The notes below the pieces were generated by a model. That model was not told the DNA's origin. It did no database searches and saw only the letters and a program-made list of their open reading frames with translations. A DNA stretch of 64,000 nucleotides from Eledone cirrhosa (lineage: Eukaryota), in contig CAXHJY010000303.1 of NCBI GenBank assembly GCA_964016885.1, positions 1 to 64,000 on the forward strand. Direction: 5' to 3'. Made by a program: the position numbers and the translations under genes. This document shows, piece by piece, positions 1-13,942 of the stretch; position 1 is the stretch's first letter; every line of letters begins with the position of its first letter.

Positions 1-1272
<1,272 letters not shown>

Positions 1273-3890
1273 ATAACTTTGAATAACTTTGAAATGTTTT
1301 GGCCAGTATTGGCCCAGGCCATGTCTAACTTAATAGCACCACCTGGCGAAGTCTTTCAATTCAGGATTTGGGCACCATGGCCCATTCGAGAAGAGAATTA
1401 CTGTTTGCGGAGACATATCCGGGTGTGGGTGGTTTGTCCGGGATTACTTGGAGGAATTTGTCCAAAGACTTCTTGAATTTTGTGTGGTCAGTTTCTGTTT
1501 TGACGTGTCCTGGTGTGATGTTGAAGAGAGCAGGGCCGATTGAGGTGAAATAATTGTGCCGTATTGTTGTTATGAGTTGCGATTTAGATTTTTGAATGGG
1601 ACGGATAGCACGGGGCCCAAGCCTTGGGTGTATCTTGAAGGCGATGCCAACATCATTTGGGCAGTGATGATGGAACATTTTCCACATCATGCAGATTATA
1701 TAACGCTCACGGCGACGTTGGAGTGAGTAAAGTTTCAGGTTTTCCAATCGACCCCAGTAGTCAAGGTCTGACATGCCATCTATCTTTTTCGTGATTGCCC
1801 TTTGAGGAGCTTCAAGTTTCATGATACTTTGTTTCGTGTGGGGAGACCACAGTGGACAACAGTATTCAAGGTGTGGTCGGGCGAAAGTAGAGAAGAGAAG
1901 GATAATGGTGCGGGAATCTCTCGACTGGAAGGTTCTGAGGATCCAGGAACACATTCTGCGGGCCATGTCAACTTTGCTGTTTATATGCGTGGTCCAGCTT
2001 ATGTTGCTGTCCACGGTTACTCCCAAGTCTCTGATGTTGTTAGATGCCACGAGAGTTTCCCCGGAGGGAAGGGAGTACGGGAGTTTCAGAGCATCCTCTT
2101 TTCCAAAGTGGATCAGTTCGAATTTGTCTTCGTTCAGTAACATGTTGTTCTTTTCTGCCCATTGGGTAACAGCCAGTAGGTCTGACTGAAGGCTTATCCG
2201 GTCATCCACGCCATTGATGACCTTTTGGAGCTTGGAATCATCAGCGAAAATTTTAATGTTGCTGTGTTTGATGATGTCAGTGATGTCATTAATATAGATG
2301 ATGAAGAGAAGTGGGCCCAACACAGTGCCTTGTGGGACCCCACTACTGACTTTGGCTGGGCTTGATTTGACTCCCTCAACTACAACATGTTGGGTTCTGT
2401 TTGACAGGAAGCTCTTGATCCACTGCAGCAGCTTTCCAGTGACACCAATATTGGACAGCTTTCTCAGTAGAATGTTATGATCAACCCTGTCAAAGGCCTT
2501 GCTGAAATCAAGGTAGATAACATCAGTGTTGGAACCCTCTCCCAAGGCTCTCAAAATGTCATCAAAGTGATGCAGTAGTTGCGTCAGGCAATCCCTTCCA
2601 TTACGGAATCCATGCTGGTTGGAGTTCAGCATATTGTTACTCTCAAGGAAGTGGGTCATTCGCGATCTCACCACTCGCTCAAATACCTTAATGATATGAG
2701 AGGTGAGTGAGATTGGACGGTAATTCACGGCAAGGGATATGTTTCCCTTTTTGAAAACTGGGACAACAGACTGGGATAGAAGGTTTTCTGGCACATATCC
2801 AGCATCAGTGAGTTCCGCCACAGATTGGCAAGAGGAGAAGCAAGTTGGTGTTGACACGCCTTCAAGACACAAGCAGGGAACCTATCGGGACCTACTGCTG
2901 AATTATGCTTGATTTCCTTTATTGCCGCCAAGACATCAGGGGCGCCAAACGTTATGTCCGATAAGGTGTAATGGGGAGTAACATCGCCGATACAGCCCAG
3001 ATCGGCCATATCAGGATTGCTGAAAACAGAGCAGTATTGTTTCTGCAGTATCTCACCCATGGTTTTAGCATTGTCTTGAAGAGTGCCATTTTCATCAATT
3101 AGAGGGCCAACAGTAGAGCCAGTGATTTTGTGTTTTTTTGCAAATGAAAAGAACACTTTGGGATTGAGTTTGATCTTCTCAATGGCCCAGGCCTCTTCAG
3201 CTCTTCTCTGATTGTTGATGAGGGACATTATGTTGTTTTGGAGGTTATGTTTTTTAATCTCTAGTGATGAAATGGCAGTCAAGTTGATGTGTTGCTGCTG
3301 ACAGTATTTCAGCTTGTTGATTTTTTTGTTCGTTCTCTTAATTTTTCTGATGAGCGTTTTTCTATTTCTAGGGATTCTGCTCTTAGATTTGTTTATAGTT
3401 CTTAATGGGGTGTGTTTAGCACATATGTTTGTAACAGTGTCCACAAATGTCTGCCAGGACTTTTGATGTTAGTGGGTGTATGAGTGTGCGTGAAGGACCA
3501 GTCGACATGTGCAAGATCATGACTGATCGCTTCCCAGTTTGCATTGTGGAAATCCATAGCGTCAAACGGATGGACAGGAGAGATGACATTGGGTTTGTAT
3601 ATTGGACGGTGGAATCTCAGATCACAGAGAACCATGTCATGATCAGAGAGTAGAGTTTTCTCCACTGCAATATTGTGGATATTGTCAGTGTGATTGCTGA
3701 AAATTAAGTCTAGGACGTTTTTGTGGCACCTCGTTGGTTCGAGCACTAGTTGGATAGGAAGAAATCATCCATGAAGTCAAGAAGCGATTCCACAGCTTCC
3801 CTGTCAGAGGTTGAGGCAGAAGAACCTGGTGGCAGGGTGTTTGTGGACCAGTCAACTCCGGGGAGGTTGAAGTCCCCCATCATTAAGATG
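1273..3890 (-). mobile_element. 5'-truncated CR1-group LINE (C-terminal part of APE endonuclease plus reverse transcriptase), disrupted by a stop and two frameshifts
   Basis: Minus-strand pieces: [11 protein letters not shown] (~3880), EPTR..NVLDLIFSN..SDH (3402-3746), linker (2725-3444), then RT with YRPISLTS, YLDFSKAFDRVDH, SGVPQGTVLGPLLF, FADDSK, DLGV, HLEYCCPLWSPH, SLQRRRER (1361-2872). A short 3' UTR ends in a 10-bp repeat x2 (1273-1292). Confidence 0.93.
1361..2872 (-). pseudogene. LINE reverse transcriptase domain ORF (uninterrupted 3' portion of ORF2)
   Basis: 503-aa ORF with non-LTR RT motifs including FADD. Its first ~25 residues are out of frame with the upstream linker ORF. Confidence 0.9.
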
Positions 3891-5063
<1,173 letters not shown>

Positions 5064-5219
5064 TAGGAAGGGCATCCAGCTGTAGAAATCAAGCCAGATC
5101 AGTTCCTGTATGAGCAAGGCATGGTCAGCCGACCAGACACTGCCCACAACAGGACAACCCGTCTAACCCATGCTAGCGTGGAAGAACGGACGTAAAACGG
5201 TGATGATGATGATGATGAT
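5064..5219 (+). mobile_element. Short 3' end of RTE LINE/RTE-tailed SINE with (GAT)n tail
   Basis: ttaggaagggcatccagctgtagaaa...acccatgctagcgtggaagaacggacgtaaaacgg(tga)n matches the 3' UTR of the RTE copies at 33745 and 42814. Confidence 0.85.
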
Positions 5220-5937
<718 letters not shown>

Positions 5938-6096
5938 ATATTGTTATACTTTGGGAGGGTCATGTTGCCAATAAGAAACACACGCACCAGTTGCTTTCAC
6001 TTCAATTTAATTTAATATATATTTATAAATTTACAAATTTATAAATTTCTGGTTGGTTGGTTGGTTCCACAACCAGATAGTTGTTTATATATATAT

Positions 6097-6141
6097 AGTC
6101 ATAGTTCTTTCGTCACACACTCTGTGACCTCTTCAGTGACT
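6097..6141 (-). ncRNA. Minimal type I hammerhead ribozyme (mirror copy in the left palindrome arm)
   Basis: Exact reverse complement of 6253-6297. Confidence 0.78.
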
Positions 6142-6252
6142 GGGGATTTCTTTCTTCGTTTCTGTGCCTTTCCTTTCTTCTATCCTACGCCATTTTTGAA
6201 ATGGCGTAGGATAGAAGAAAGGAAAGGCACAGAAACGAAGAAAGAAATCCCC

Positions 6253-6297
6253 AGTCACTGAAGAGGTCACAGAGTGTGTGACGAAAGAACTATGACT
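6253..6297 (+). ncRNA. Minimal type I hammerhead ribozyme
   Basis: agtca CTGAAGA g gtcaca-gagtg-tgtgac GAA ag-aa-ct A tgact: 5-bp stem I, 6-bp stem II, 2-bp stem III, CUA triplet, one extra nt after the core. Confidence 0.78.
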
Positions 6298-6514
6298 ATA
6301 TATATATAAACAACTATCTGGTTGTGGAACCAACCAACCAACCAGAAATTTATAAATTTGTAAATTTATAAATATATATTAAATTAAATTGAAGTGAAAG
6401 CAACTGGTTGCGTGTGTTTCTTATTGGCAACATGACCCTCCCAAAGTATAACAATATCGGTTTCAACACACGATTTCAGATAAAGAATCTTGCTAAACAA
6501 ATTCAGAAACGAAA

Positions 6515-6977
<463 letters not shown>

Positions 6978-7024
6978 ATATAATATGTTGAGAAGGTAAC
7001 ACACCAGAGAGAGATATATAGTGC

Positions 7025-7391
7025 TGTAGCGGTTGTCTCCCTTGTTTTGATTGGGATCTAGACGGGAGGTGGAACCCTTTCTGCGACTTCCGGTCAGAGC
7101 CCTATAAAACTAACAACGTTAAGCTTCCTTTCTCTCTTTGCCTTTTCGGCACCAGGTCAAGAGTCTTCTCATTTGGCTCTGCCATTAATTTGGCCAACAG
7201 GCGCCTGGCCTTAGCCAGGCGCTTTCTGCCAGCCGCGTTTGCCTGGCAATCAAAACGGTAACTACTAACTTTGTTTCATTCTAACATCTATCTTTGACAT
7301 GTCAAGTATTCCATCTACCGTTAATTAAATATTATATACACAAACCATGTCTCGTTTTGTTACATTCATACAACTCAGTACTCTCGCTATA
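7025..7391 (+). repeat. 5' LTR
   Basis: 367 bp; TATA-like ctataaaa ~7103; GC hairpin gcgcctggc-ctta-gccaggcgc 7201-7222; attaaa ~7324. Confidence 0.93.
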
Positions 7392-7392
7392 T

Positions 7393-7424
7393 TGGTGACC
7401 CTGACGTGATACGAACACGCAGCC
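7393..7424 (+). promoter_or_regulatory. Primer-binding site complementary to the tRNA-Trp 3' end, extended to 32 nt
   Basis: tggtgaccctgacgtgatacgaacacgcagcc versus the reverse complement of metazoan tRNA-Trp (…GGCTGCGTGTTCGAATCACGTCGGGGTCACCA, from memory): 2 mismatches. Confidence 0.88.
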
Positions 7425-8692
7425 GTTCATCGCTATAAGTGGTCACCCCCCAAAAAAGAAAAAAATAGCACATCTGGTTTTGTGAGTAACATTACGAATA
7501 CACAGCAAATTTAGCGACAAACTATGAAAATACTCAAGGACACGCACACACGCACATGTGGAATTCGCACAGACATACTTTTTCTCTCACGCATCAATTA
7601 ACTGTCGCATTTCACCAATATATATATATATATTTCTCGTTTCTTACAACGAACTCTTTCAAAACACAAAAAAAAAAAAAAAGAAATTTGATATTCTTTA
7701 AATAACATTTCAACAGGAACATTTATTTTCGATGAACCATTGCCTTTTTGTTCATCGTTTTCTTCATCGTTCAATTTTTTTTTTTTTTTTTTCCAAAAGT
7801 TCACACCAATAATTATGCTGAGTGAAGCCTTTCTTTTTCATCATTGTCACTTTCAAAATTGCACTATCATTTTCTCGCGCGTTAGAAATATTTTTTTTTC
7901 AACCTTGTATTGGCACGTGTAGGCAGCATAAATTCTCGATTCACTGAGATGTCTCTACTCACAGACAGCCGCACGCCAGAGATATCATTTATCACCAGGG
8001 ATTCTTCAGCCTTAAGCTATATTCTTCTATTTGCCGGTTTATAAATTTACAATGTAAATTTACAGTTGATAACCGCGCATTTATTAGGAATGCTTATTTC
8101 TCTGGTCGCTGGCCTCTTGACCCTTCCAGGTCAACGCATTCTCAACATCGACCATCAACTTCGGCTGCTATTTCTAGCACTTTGCGCAACTCATTTTTTC
8201 TAAAAAAAAAAATTTTTTTACTGTGAATTTAAACACCGAATACGCTCACTCAGCGAGACAACAGCAGCCGCAACAGCAATACATCAATACAGCTTCACCA
8301 AAGCCAGAGAATTCATTTTTGCAGCACTCTTCCTGTGAGAAAATCCATTCGGAGGTTGGAAATTTCACGATATACCACAGAACAGAAACCACCTGCATTC
8401 ATTCTCTGGAACACACTTTCTTTCCTGCTGTCATGTGATTGCACACCTGTGAACTATATTTTGAACTTTGAGCTCTTCTATTACTTTTACTTTATTACAT
8501 TGTATCTTTGGGTGATGGATAGATGGATGTCCAGTCGTTCTCTGGCCAAGAGCGGTTGGCTACCTTGATATCTATCATTGATTTTTCCAAACATTCTTTT
8601 GTCGTAATTTTCATGCCTGTTACAACATTCTCGCCAACTTGCTACATATTTTCATTTCGATTTTTATACACTAAAATTCTGGCGGGAGGTTA

Positions 8693-9060
8693 TGTAGCGG
8701 TTGTCTCCCTTGTTTTGATTGGGATCTAGACGGGAGGTGGAACCCTTTCTGCGACTTCCGGTCAGAGCCCTATAAAACTAACAACTTTAAGCTTCCTCTC
8801 TCTCTTTGCCTTTTCGGCACCAGGTCAAGAGTCTTCTCATTTGGCTCTGCCATTAATTTGGCCAACAGGCGCCTGGCCTTAGCCAGGCGCCCTCTGCCAG
8901 CCGCGTTTGCCTGGCAATCAAAACGGTAACTACTAACTTTGTTTCATTCTAACATCTATCTTTGACATGTCAAGTATTCCATCTACCGTTAATTAAATAT
9001 TATATACACAAACCATGTCTCGTTTTGTTACATTCATACAACCTCAGTAATCTCGCTATA
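8693..9060 (+). repeat. 3' LTR
   Basis: 368-bp near-identical copy of the 5' LTR, preceded by ggcgggagg-tta. Confidence 0.93.
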
Positions 9061-9188
9061 GTGCGTTATCAATAATACAGGGAAAAAACCAGCAGTGTAT
9101 GGAATCTATAACCTATGAAAGGCAGACTATAGACACGATAATTAAAAATATAAATTAAAACGTAAATAAATACCTCTATAACTATATA

Positions 9189-9268
9189 ACACACGTACTA
9201 ATCCAAAGATATGTTTCACCAGAAATTTGTTGAAAGAAATGGTCTAGTCTCGGTTCATCAGCGTGTGT
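9189..9268 (-). ncRNA. Type I hammerhead ribozyme
   Basis: Minus strand: acacacg CTGATGA acc(g)aga...tctggt GAA ac-atatctttggatta-gt A cgtgtgt; 7-bp stem I, intact core, GUA triplet. Confidence 0.85.
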
Positions 9269-10007
9269 AAGGCCATACATTTCAGACAACACTAAGAGAA
9301 TTTTACAATTGACTGTCCAACTACACGTGGGAGAGAGAAGTCACAGCGTGTTTAAGGGCAGTGAACCGGTGGCCTCTGAGAGACGAACTGCTAGAAAGGG
9401 CAGCCCAAAGCCACTCAGAGAAGTGTGCTCAACCAAACAGAGATAGGAAAGACTGTTGTTAGGAGCGAAATATCACGATAAATTAACGGAGGCATAGGCC
9501 GTCGTTATTCCCTGTAAATAATGTGCTCAAAGGAGAAGAGATCCTGAGCCCTTTAAAATATAATATGTTGAGAAGGTAACACACCAGAGAGAGATATATA
9601 TATATATATCTCTCTGGTGTGTTACCTTCTCAACATATTATATTTTAAAGGGCTCAGGATCTCTTCCCCTTTGAGCAGTAACCCAGTATGAATTGATTTG
9701 AATAAACAATATAAAGGTGATCTGTAACCCAGTATGAATTGATTTGTTAACTTGAGCACCTTTATATTGTTTATTATAAATGTTAGTATATTGTATATTG
9801 TAAATGTTAATATATTATTATTATATTATTATTGTGACATCTATATTGTTTGTGTAAATTAACCGGAGATTATCTATCCTATTATATTGTATGATATAGT
9901 ATATAATTGTATTATTTATTATTTATTATATGTGCTACTTATAATTATATCATATTATTACCTCATGTATATTGGGTAGATGTATTAGTATTATTATTAT
10001 TATTATA

Positions 10008-10205
10008 GGCGGTGGATTGGCAGCATCGGTAGAGGGTCGGACGCCATGCTTTCCAGCATAGTTACGTCCCTTTACGATCTGAGTTCAAATCCCACCGAGG
10101 TTGACTTTGCCTTTCATCCTTACGGGGTCGATAAAATAAAGTACCAGTAATGCACTGGGTAATTGCTGGCCTTGTGCCAAAAGTAGAAACAATTATTATT
10201 ATTAT
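10008..10205 (+). mobile_element. tRNA-derived SINE family A
   Basis: A-box-like tggcagcatcggtag, B-box gagttcaaatccc, central gactttgcctttcatccttacggggtcgataaaataaagtaccag, (TTA)n tail; at least 10 copies in the window. Confidence 0.88.
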
Positions 10206-10659
10206 TTTCATTCCTATCATGCTTATTTTTGTATTCAAACTCTTAATAAGGTTTAATTTGTGCAGTTGAAGATGGATGTGTGTATTGTTGTATGTGTATG
10301 TGTGTGTACGTGTGCGCACATATATACATATGCATATTGTACCTTTTGATTTTTATTGTAATTTTAATGTTGGTAAAGGTATATTATATTATATTATATT
10401 ATATTATATTATATTATATTACATTGTATTATATATAATTCCTGCTCTATATAACCACCTTTGTTTAGCTCTAGGTTTTTTTTGCTTTGGACTATATTTG
10501 TAATATGGTTCTTAATGTTATATACATCCTTAGTAATTTTTATTATATATTTTTATTATTTTTATTATATATTTTTGCAATACTTTAGTGTATGTACACT
10601 CCATATTCTTCGGAGCTTCCGGCTTGTATCTGCCGATATTACTTCTTGTTGTTTTAATT

Positions 10660-10697
10660 GCCCTGATGAGTCCTTAATAGGACGAAACATTGTCGGC
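10660..10697 (+). ncRNA. Minimal type I hammerhead ribozyme
   Basis: gcc CTGATGA gtcct-taat-aggac GAA ac-att-gt C ggc, followed by aataaa; canonical core and GUC triplet. Confidence 0.9.
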
Positions 10698-10768
10698 TAA
10701 TAAAGACTTTTGATGTATTGAAGGCTTCTTTGTTTTACTCTCTTAATATATATATATATATATATTTG

Positions 10769-11119
10769 AATGTAAGTATGTATGTATACGTATATATATA
10801 CGTACATGCATATATGTATACAGACGTACAGTAGCATGTATATATATACATACAGGCACACATATATATGCACGTATCAGTTTACCGAACATTTATTAAT
10901 AAGCTTGAAACTAGTACATCGTTCCTGTGTCAGTGTTGAACAAAAAGGTGACGTGGTTTCCTAAACACTGTAAGGCGTAATTCAGGCTGTTTGTTTGTTT
11001 ACAAAAGATCAAACCGAGCATTATAATAAATGTTCGGTAAACTGATACGTGCATATATATATGTGTGCCTGTATGTATATATATACATTCTACTGTACGT
11101 ATACATACATACTTACATT
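10769..11119. mobile_element. Fold-back/MITE-like element with long inverted arms
   Basis: 10824-10897 pairs with ~11026-11100 (…gcacgtatcagtttaccgaacatttatt) and 10769-10792 pairs with 11096-11119. Confidence 0.7.
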
Positions 11120-11187
11120 TAAGTAAGTGCCGTACTAAGAGTGAGAAATGAAATTTCGTTTCATTCTATTCCATTTATATATATTTG

Positions 11188-11218
<31 letters not shown>

Positions 11219-11369
11219 ATTTAAAACTGCACTATCCACAAGTGTTTTTAACCTTCATATCATGTCCTTCTATTTTATCTGATGAAAACACAAATGTTAT
11301 TGCATGATGATATTTGTTTTTGAAATGCGCATAATAAAATACATGGAACTCATTTAACCATCTTTTGAT

Positions 11370-11407
<38 letters not shown>

Positions 11408-11410
<3 letters not shown>

Positions 11411-11561
11411 TCATCATCATCGTTTAACGTCCATTTTCCACGCTAGCATGGGTTTGGACGGGAATTTTTCCACTTGAGGCAAGATTGGTTGACTTGCTCG
11501 TATAGGACTGTCTGGCGGGTTTTCTGGATGCCCTTCCTAACACCAACCACGTATACAGTGT

Positions 11562-11563
<2 letters not shown>
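11408..11563 (-). mobile_element. RTE LINE 3'-end fragment
   Basis: (cat)n gtttaacgtccattttccacgctagcatggg...ggatgcccttcctaacaccaacc, inside a (TA)n tract. Confidence 0.85.
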
Positions 11564-11626
<63 letters not shown>

Positions 11627-11868
11627 CATATATTGACAGTTCAAAATTCCAAACTTGACTGTCACCACATAATATGAACCTGAAGATTGCGAAAGCATGA
11701 AAGTACTTGTTCAATTAACTCTTAACATTTAATATTCTACCATATTATTTCATTCTAATACCATTATAAATTTTAAAGGATTGTAAATAAAACGAGTAAA
11801 TCAGACAAAGTTGGAATTCCTTTTATTAATATAATCTTCTAAACACAATCATACACACCCGTGTATAT

Positions 11869-11989
<121 letters not shown>

Positions 11990-12041
11990 GATTTTAGTCT
12001 TCAAATTTATTATTATTACTATATATATATATATATATATA

Positions 12042-12200
12042 ATGGCTCTCTCAGGAATTTGTCATCTCTGTATTAAAGAAATATTTCACATAATTACCAA
12101 TCCTAAGAATGCTATAAACAAAAAGAAAGAATTATTTCATTCTTGTTTGCATCGACAGTCCAAAACTTTTAAAAGTATCTATAATCTACAGAAAATATAT
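12042..12200 (+). pseudogene. C-terminal fragment of a Penelope-like GIY-YIG endonuclease
   Basis: GICHLCIKEIFHIITNPKNAINKKKELFHSCLHR fits the CxLCxxE..I.....LNKRxEL...CRH pattern I recall at the C-terminus of some PLE ORFs. Confidence 0.68.
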
Positions 12201-13574
12201 ATAGCCTCTATATCTTGCCCAGTTACATTTTATATGTCTTCGCTGCTTTTGTGATGTTTTTAATGATATTTTTGATGATTTGTTGAACTTTTTTCTAATA
12301 GTCTTTATAGGTCTTTTAAATGTATACATACAAATACTTAATATCATCAAATTTATACATAGGTATAAGTAATGGTATCAAAATATATACATAAAATTTT
12401 TATCTTAGAACATATCTAATATATGATGCTCTCAAATCATATATAAAATCATTTTTCCATATACTACAATTAGAATATAATTTGAAAGTAAATTTGAGAC
12501 TAAACGATACATATAACTATAACTTAACTCCGTAAACTAATAATAATTAGAGTTATCTTTTAATTGGAAACGAAACTTGTTTACATCTAATATCTACGTA
12601 ACATTTAAACTTTACATAAATTAAAATTTCATAAATTTATTTCTATCTTGATACAACTATAGAATATACAAAATAATATACATCTTCTATACTAAAATAG
12701 AATTACTTCCACATTCTTAAGCCATATATTGAAAATGTAAACATATCTTCGCCCAACATATCATAACTCTTCTTATACAAAGCTATCTATATCTAACCAA
12801 AATTATTTATCTATCAAATAAATAATATATATACTCACCAAAACTATTTATATACATACAACTAACCTCTTTTAATAAAATATACTTATAACTGCAATCT
12901 TCATAATATTAAAACACACCAGTAGAATAGACCCAATCGTATATATAAATAGAAGATACCTTTCACATTTTAAATTAATATTCTCTCACTTTAACACATT
13001 TATTTATAATTCACACATTATATTATAAATACTTCCAAAATATATAATTAAATAAATAAAAAAATAAAAATAAATATAATTATTTCATTTTCTCTACACC
13101 CTTACAAATACGTTCCGGACAATTATTTACGTACATTCCTATAAATATTCTGTTAGTAGCTTTAATATATTTTTTTCTTAAAACCTTTCCTTAAATTTTC
13201 TTCCACCCTAATAATTGTTTCTACTTTAGGCACAAGGCCAGCAATTACCCACCCTAATAATAACCCCTGTTTCCTTTTCTTATTAAAAAAAAATAAATCC
13301 TAGTAATTATTTAAATTTACCTAGCGTCTAAACATAACGATCTTTTTCAGTTTTAACGTTATCCTCATTAGCATATTCATCTTGTGATTTGAAGTTTTTC
13401 TTCACTATTCAAATAGAACTCACAATATTAAGTTCTTGTCTGAATATGTCACTATCTGTAAACCAACTTTTGTATTTTATCTGATGAGAGAATACCAAAA
13501 TTTTGGTACCCTTGACATATATATAATAAAATAAATATGGTTTTATTAAGATAACTTCCATTTATTAATATTAT

Positions 13575-13640
<66 letters not shown>

Positions 13641-13815
13641 AATACATATATAATAAATACAATATCGAGAAAGCTTTTTAGCGATACTCCGGCCAAATTC
13701 CAACTCACTCAACAAACATTAGGAAACAATTGATTATATTCTCAATTATGTGTTCGGGGTGCTAACTAAAAGTATTGCGTGGAAAATTGGCTGTATTATT
13801 TCAAATATATCTCTT

Positions 13816-13942
13816 CCCAGACGGACGTCTCGTTTCATTATAGGATTCCTACAATTTGGGTGAAATTATACCAATTTATGTAGGAGCTTGTATACCATCA
13901 ATAGATATATATTCAAGTGGGCTCCTATAATTCATCAGTGGG
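13816..13942 (-). ncRNA. Type I hammerhead ribozyme with a large branched stem II
   Basis: Minus strand: ccca CTGATGA attatagga-[77 nt, two hairpins]-tcctataat GAA acg-agacgtc-cgt C tggg. Confidence 0.83.

Larger units (their letters stand above)
5938..6514. mobile_element. ~520-bp palindrome (arms 5938-6195 and 6199-6457), probable inverted Penelope-like pseudo-LTR, plus ~57-bp unique extension
   Basis: The arms are reverse complements except for one 1-nt indel; 3-nt loop ttg at 6196-6198; each arm carries a hammerhead motif. Confidence 0.8.
7025..9060 (+). mobile_element. Non-autonomous LTR retroelement (TRIM-like, probably Ty3/Gypsy-dependent), 2036 bp
   Basis: LTRs 7025-7391 and 8693-9060 (about 6 differences) with TGTAGCG...CGCTATA ends; 4-bp TSD GTGC (7021-7024, 9061-9064); tRNA-Trp PBS at 7393; purine-rich tract 8681-8689; no gag/pol ORF inside. 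Confidence 0.93.
6978..9677 (-). mobile_element. Hammerhead-containing 540-bp terminally redundant non-coding element (Penelope pLTR/retrozyme-like), split by an LTR element and capped by a hairpin
   Basis: 43-nt direct repeat 6978-7020 = 9558-9600; offset 2580 minus the 2040-bp insertion gives 540. Inverted repeat at 9524-9677; hammerhead at 9189-9268. Confidence 0.7.

Noticed and set aside
6061-6333. Twin 66-aa ORFs on opposite strands
   Set aside because: A by-product of the palindrome; non-ATG start and no recognisable domain.
7393-7424. tRNA-Trp gene
   Set aside because: Only the 3' 32 nt including CCA, antisense and adjacent to an LTR, so it is a PBS. SINE heads with A/B boxes are likewise not tRNA genes.
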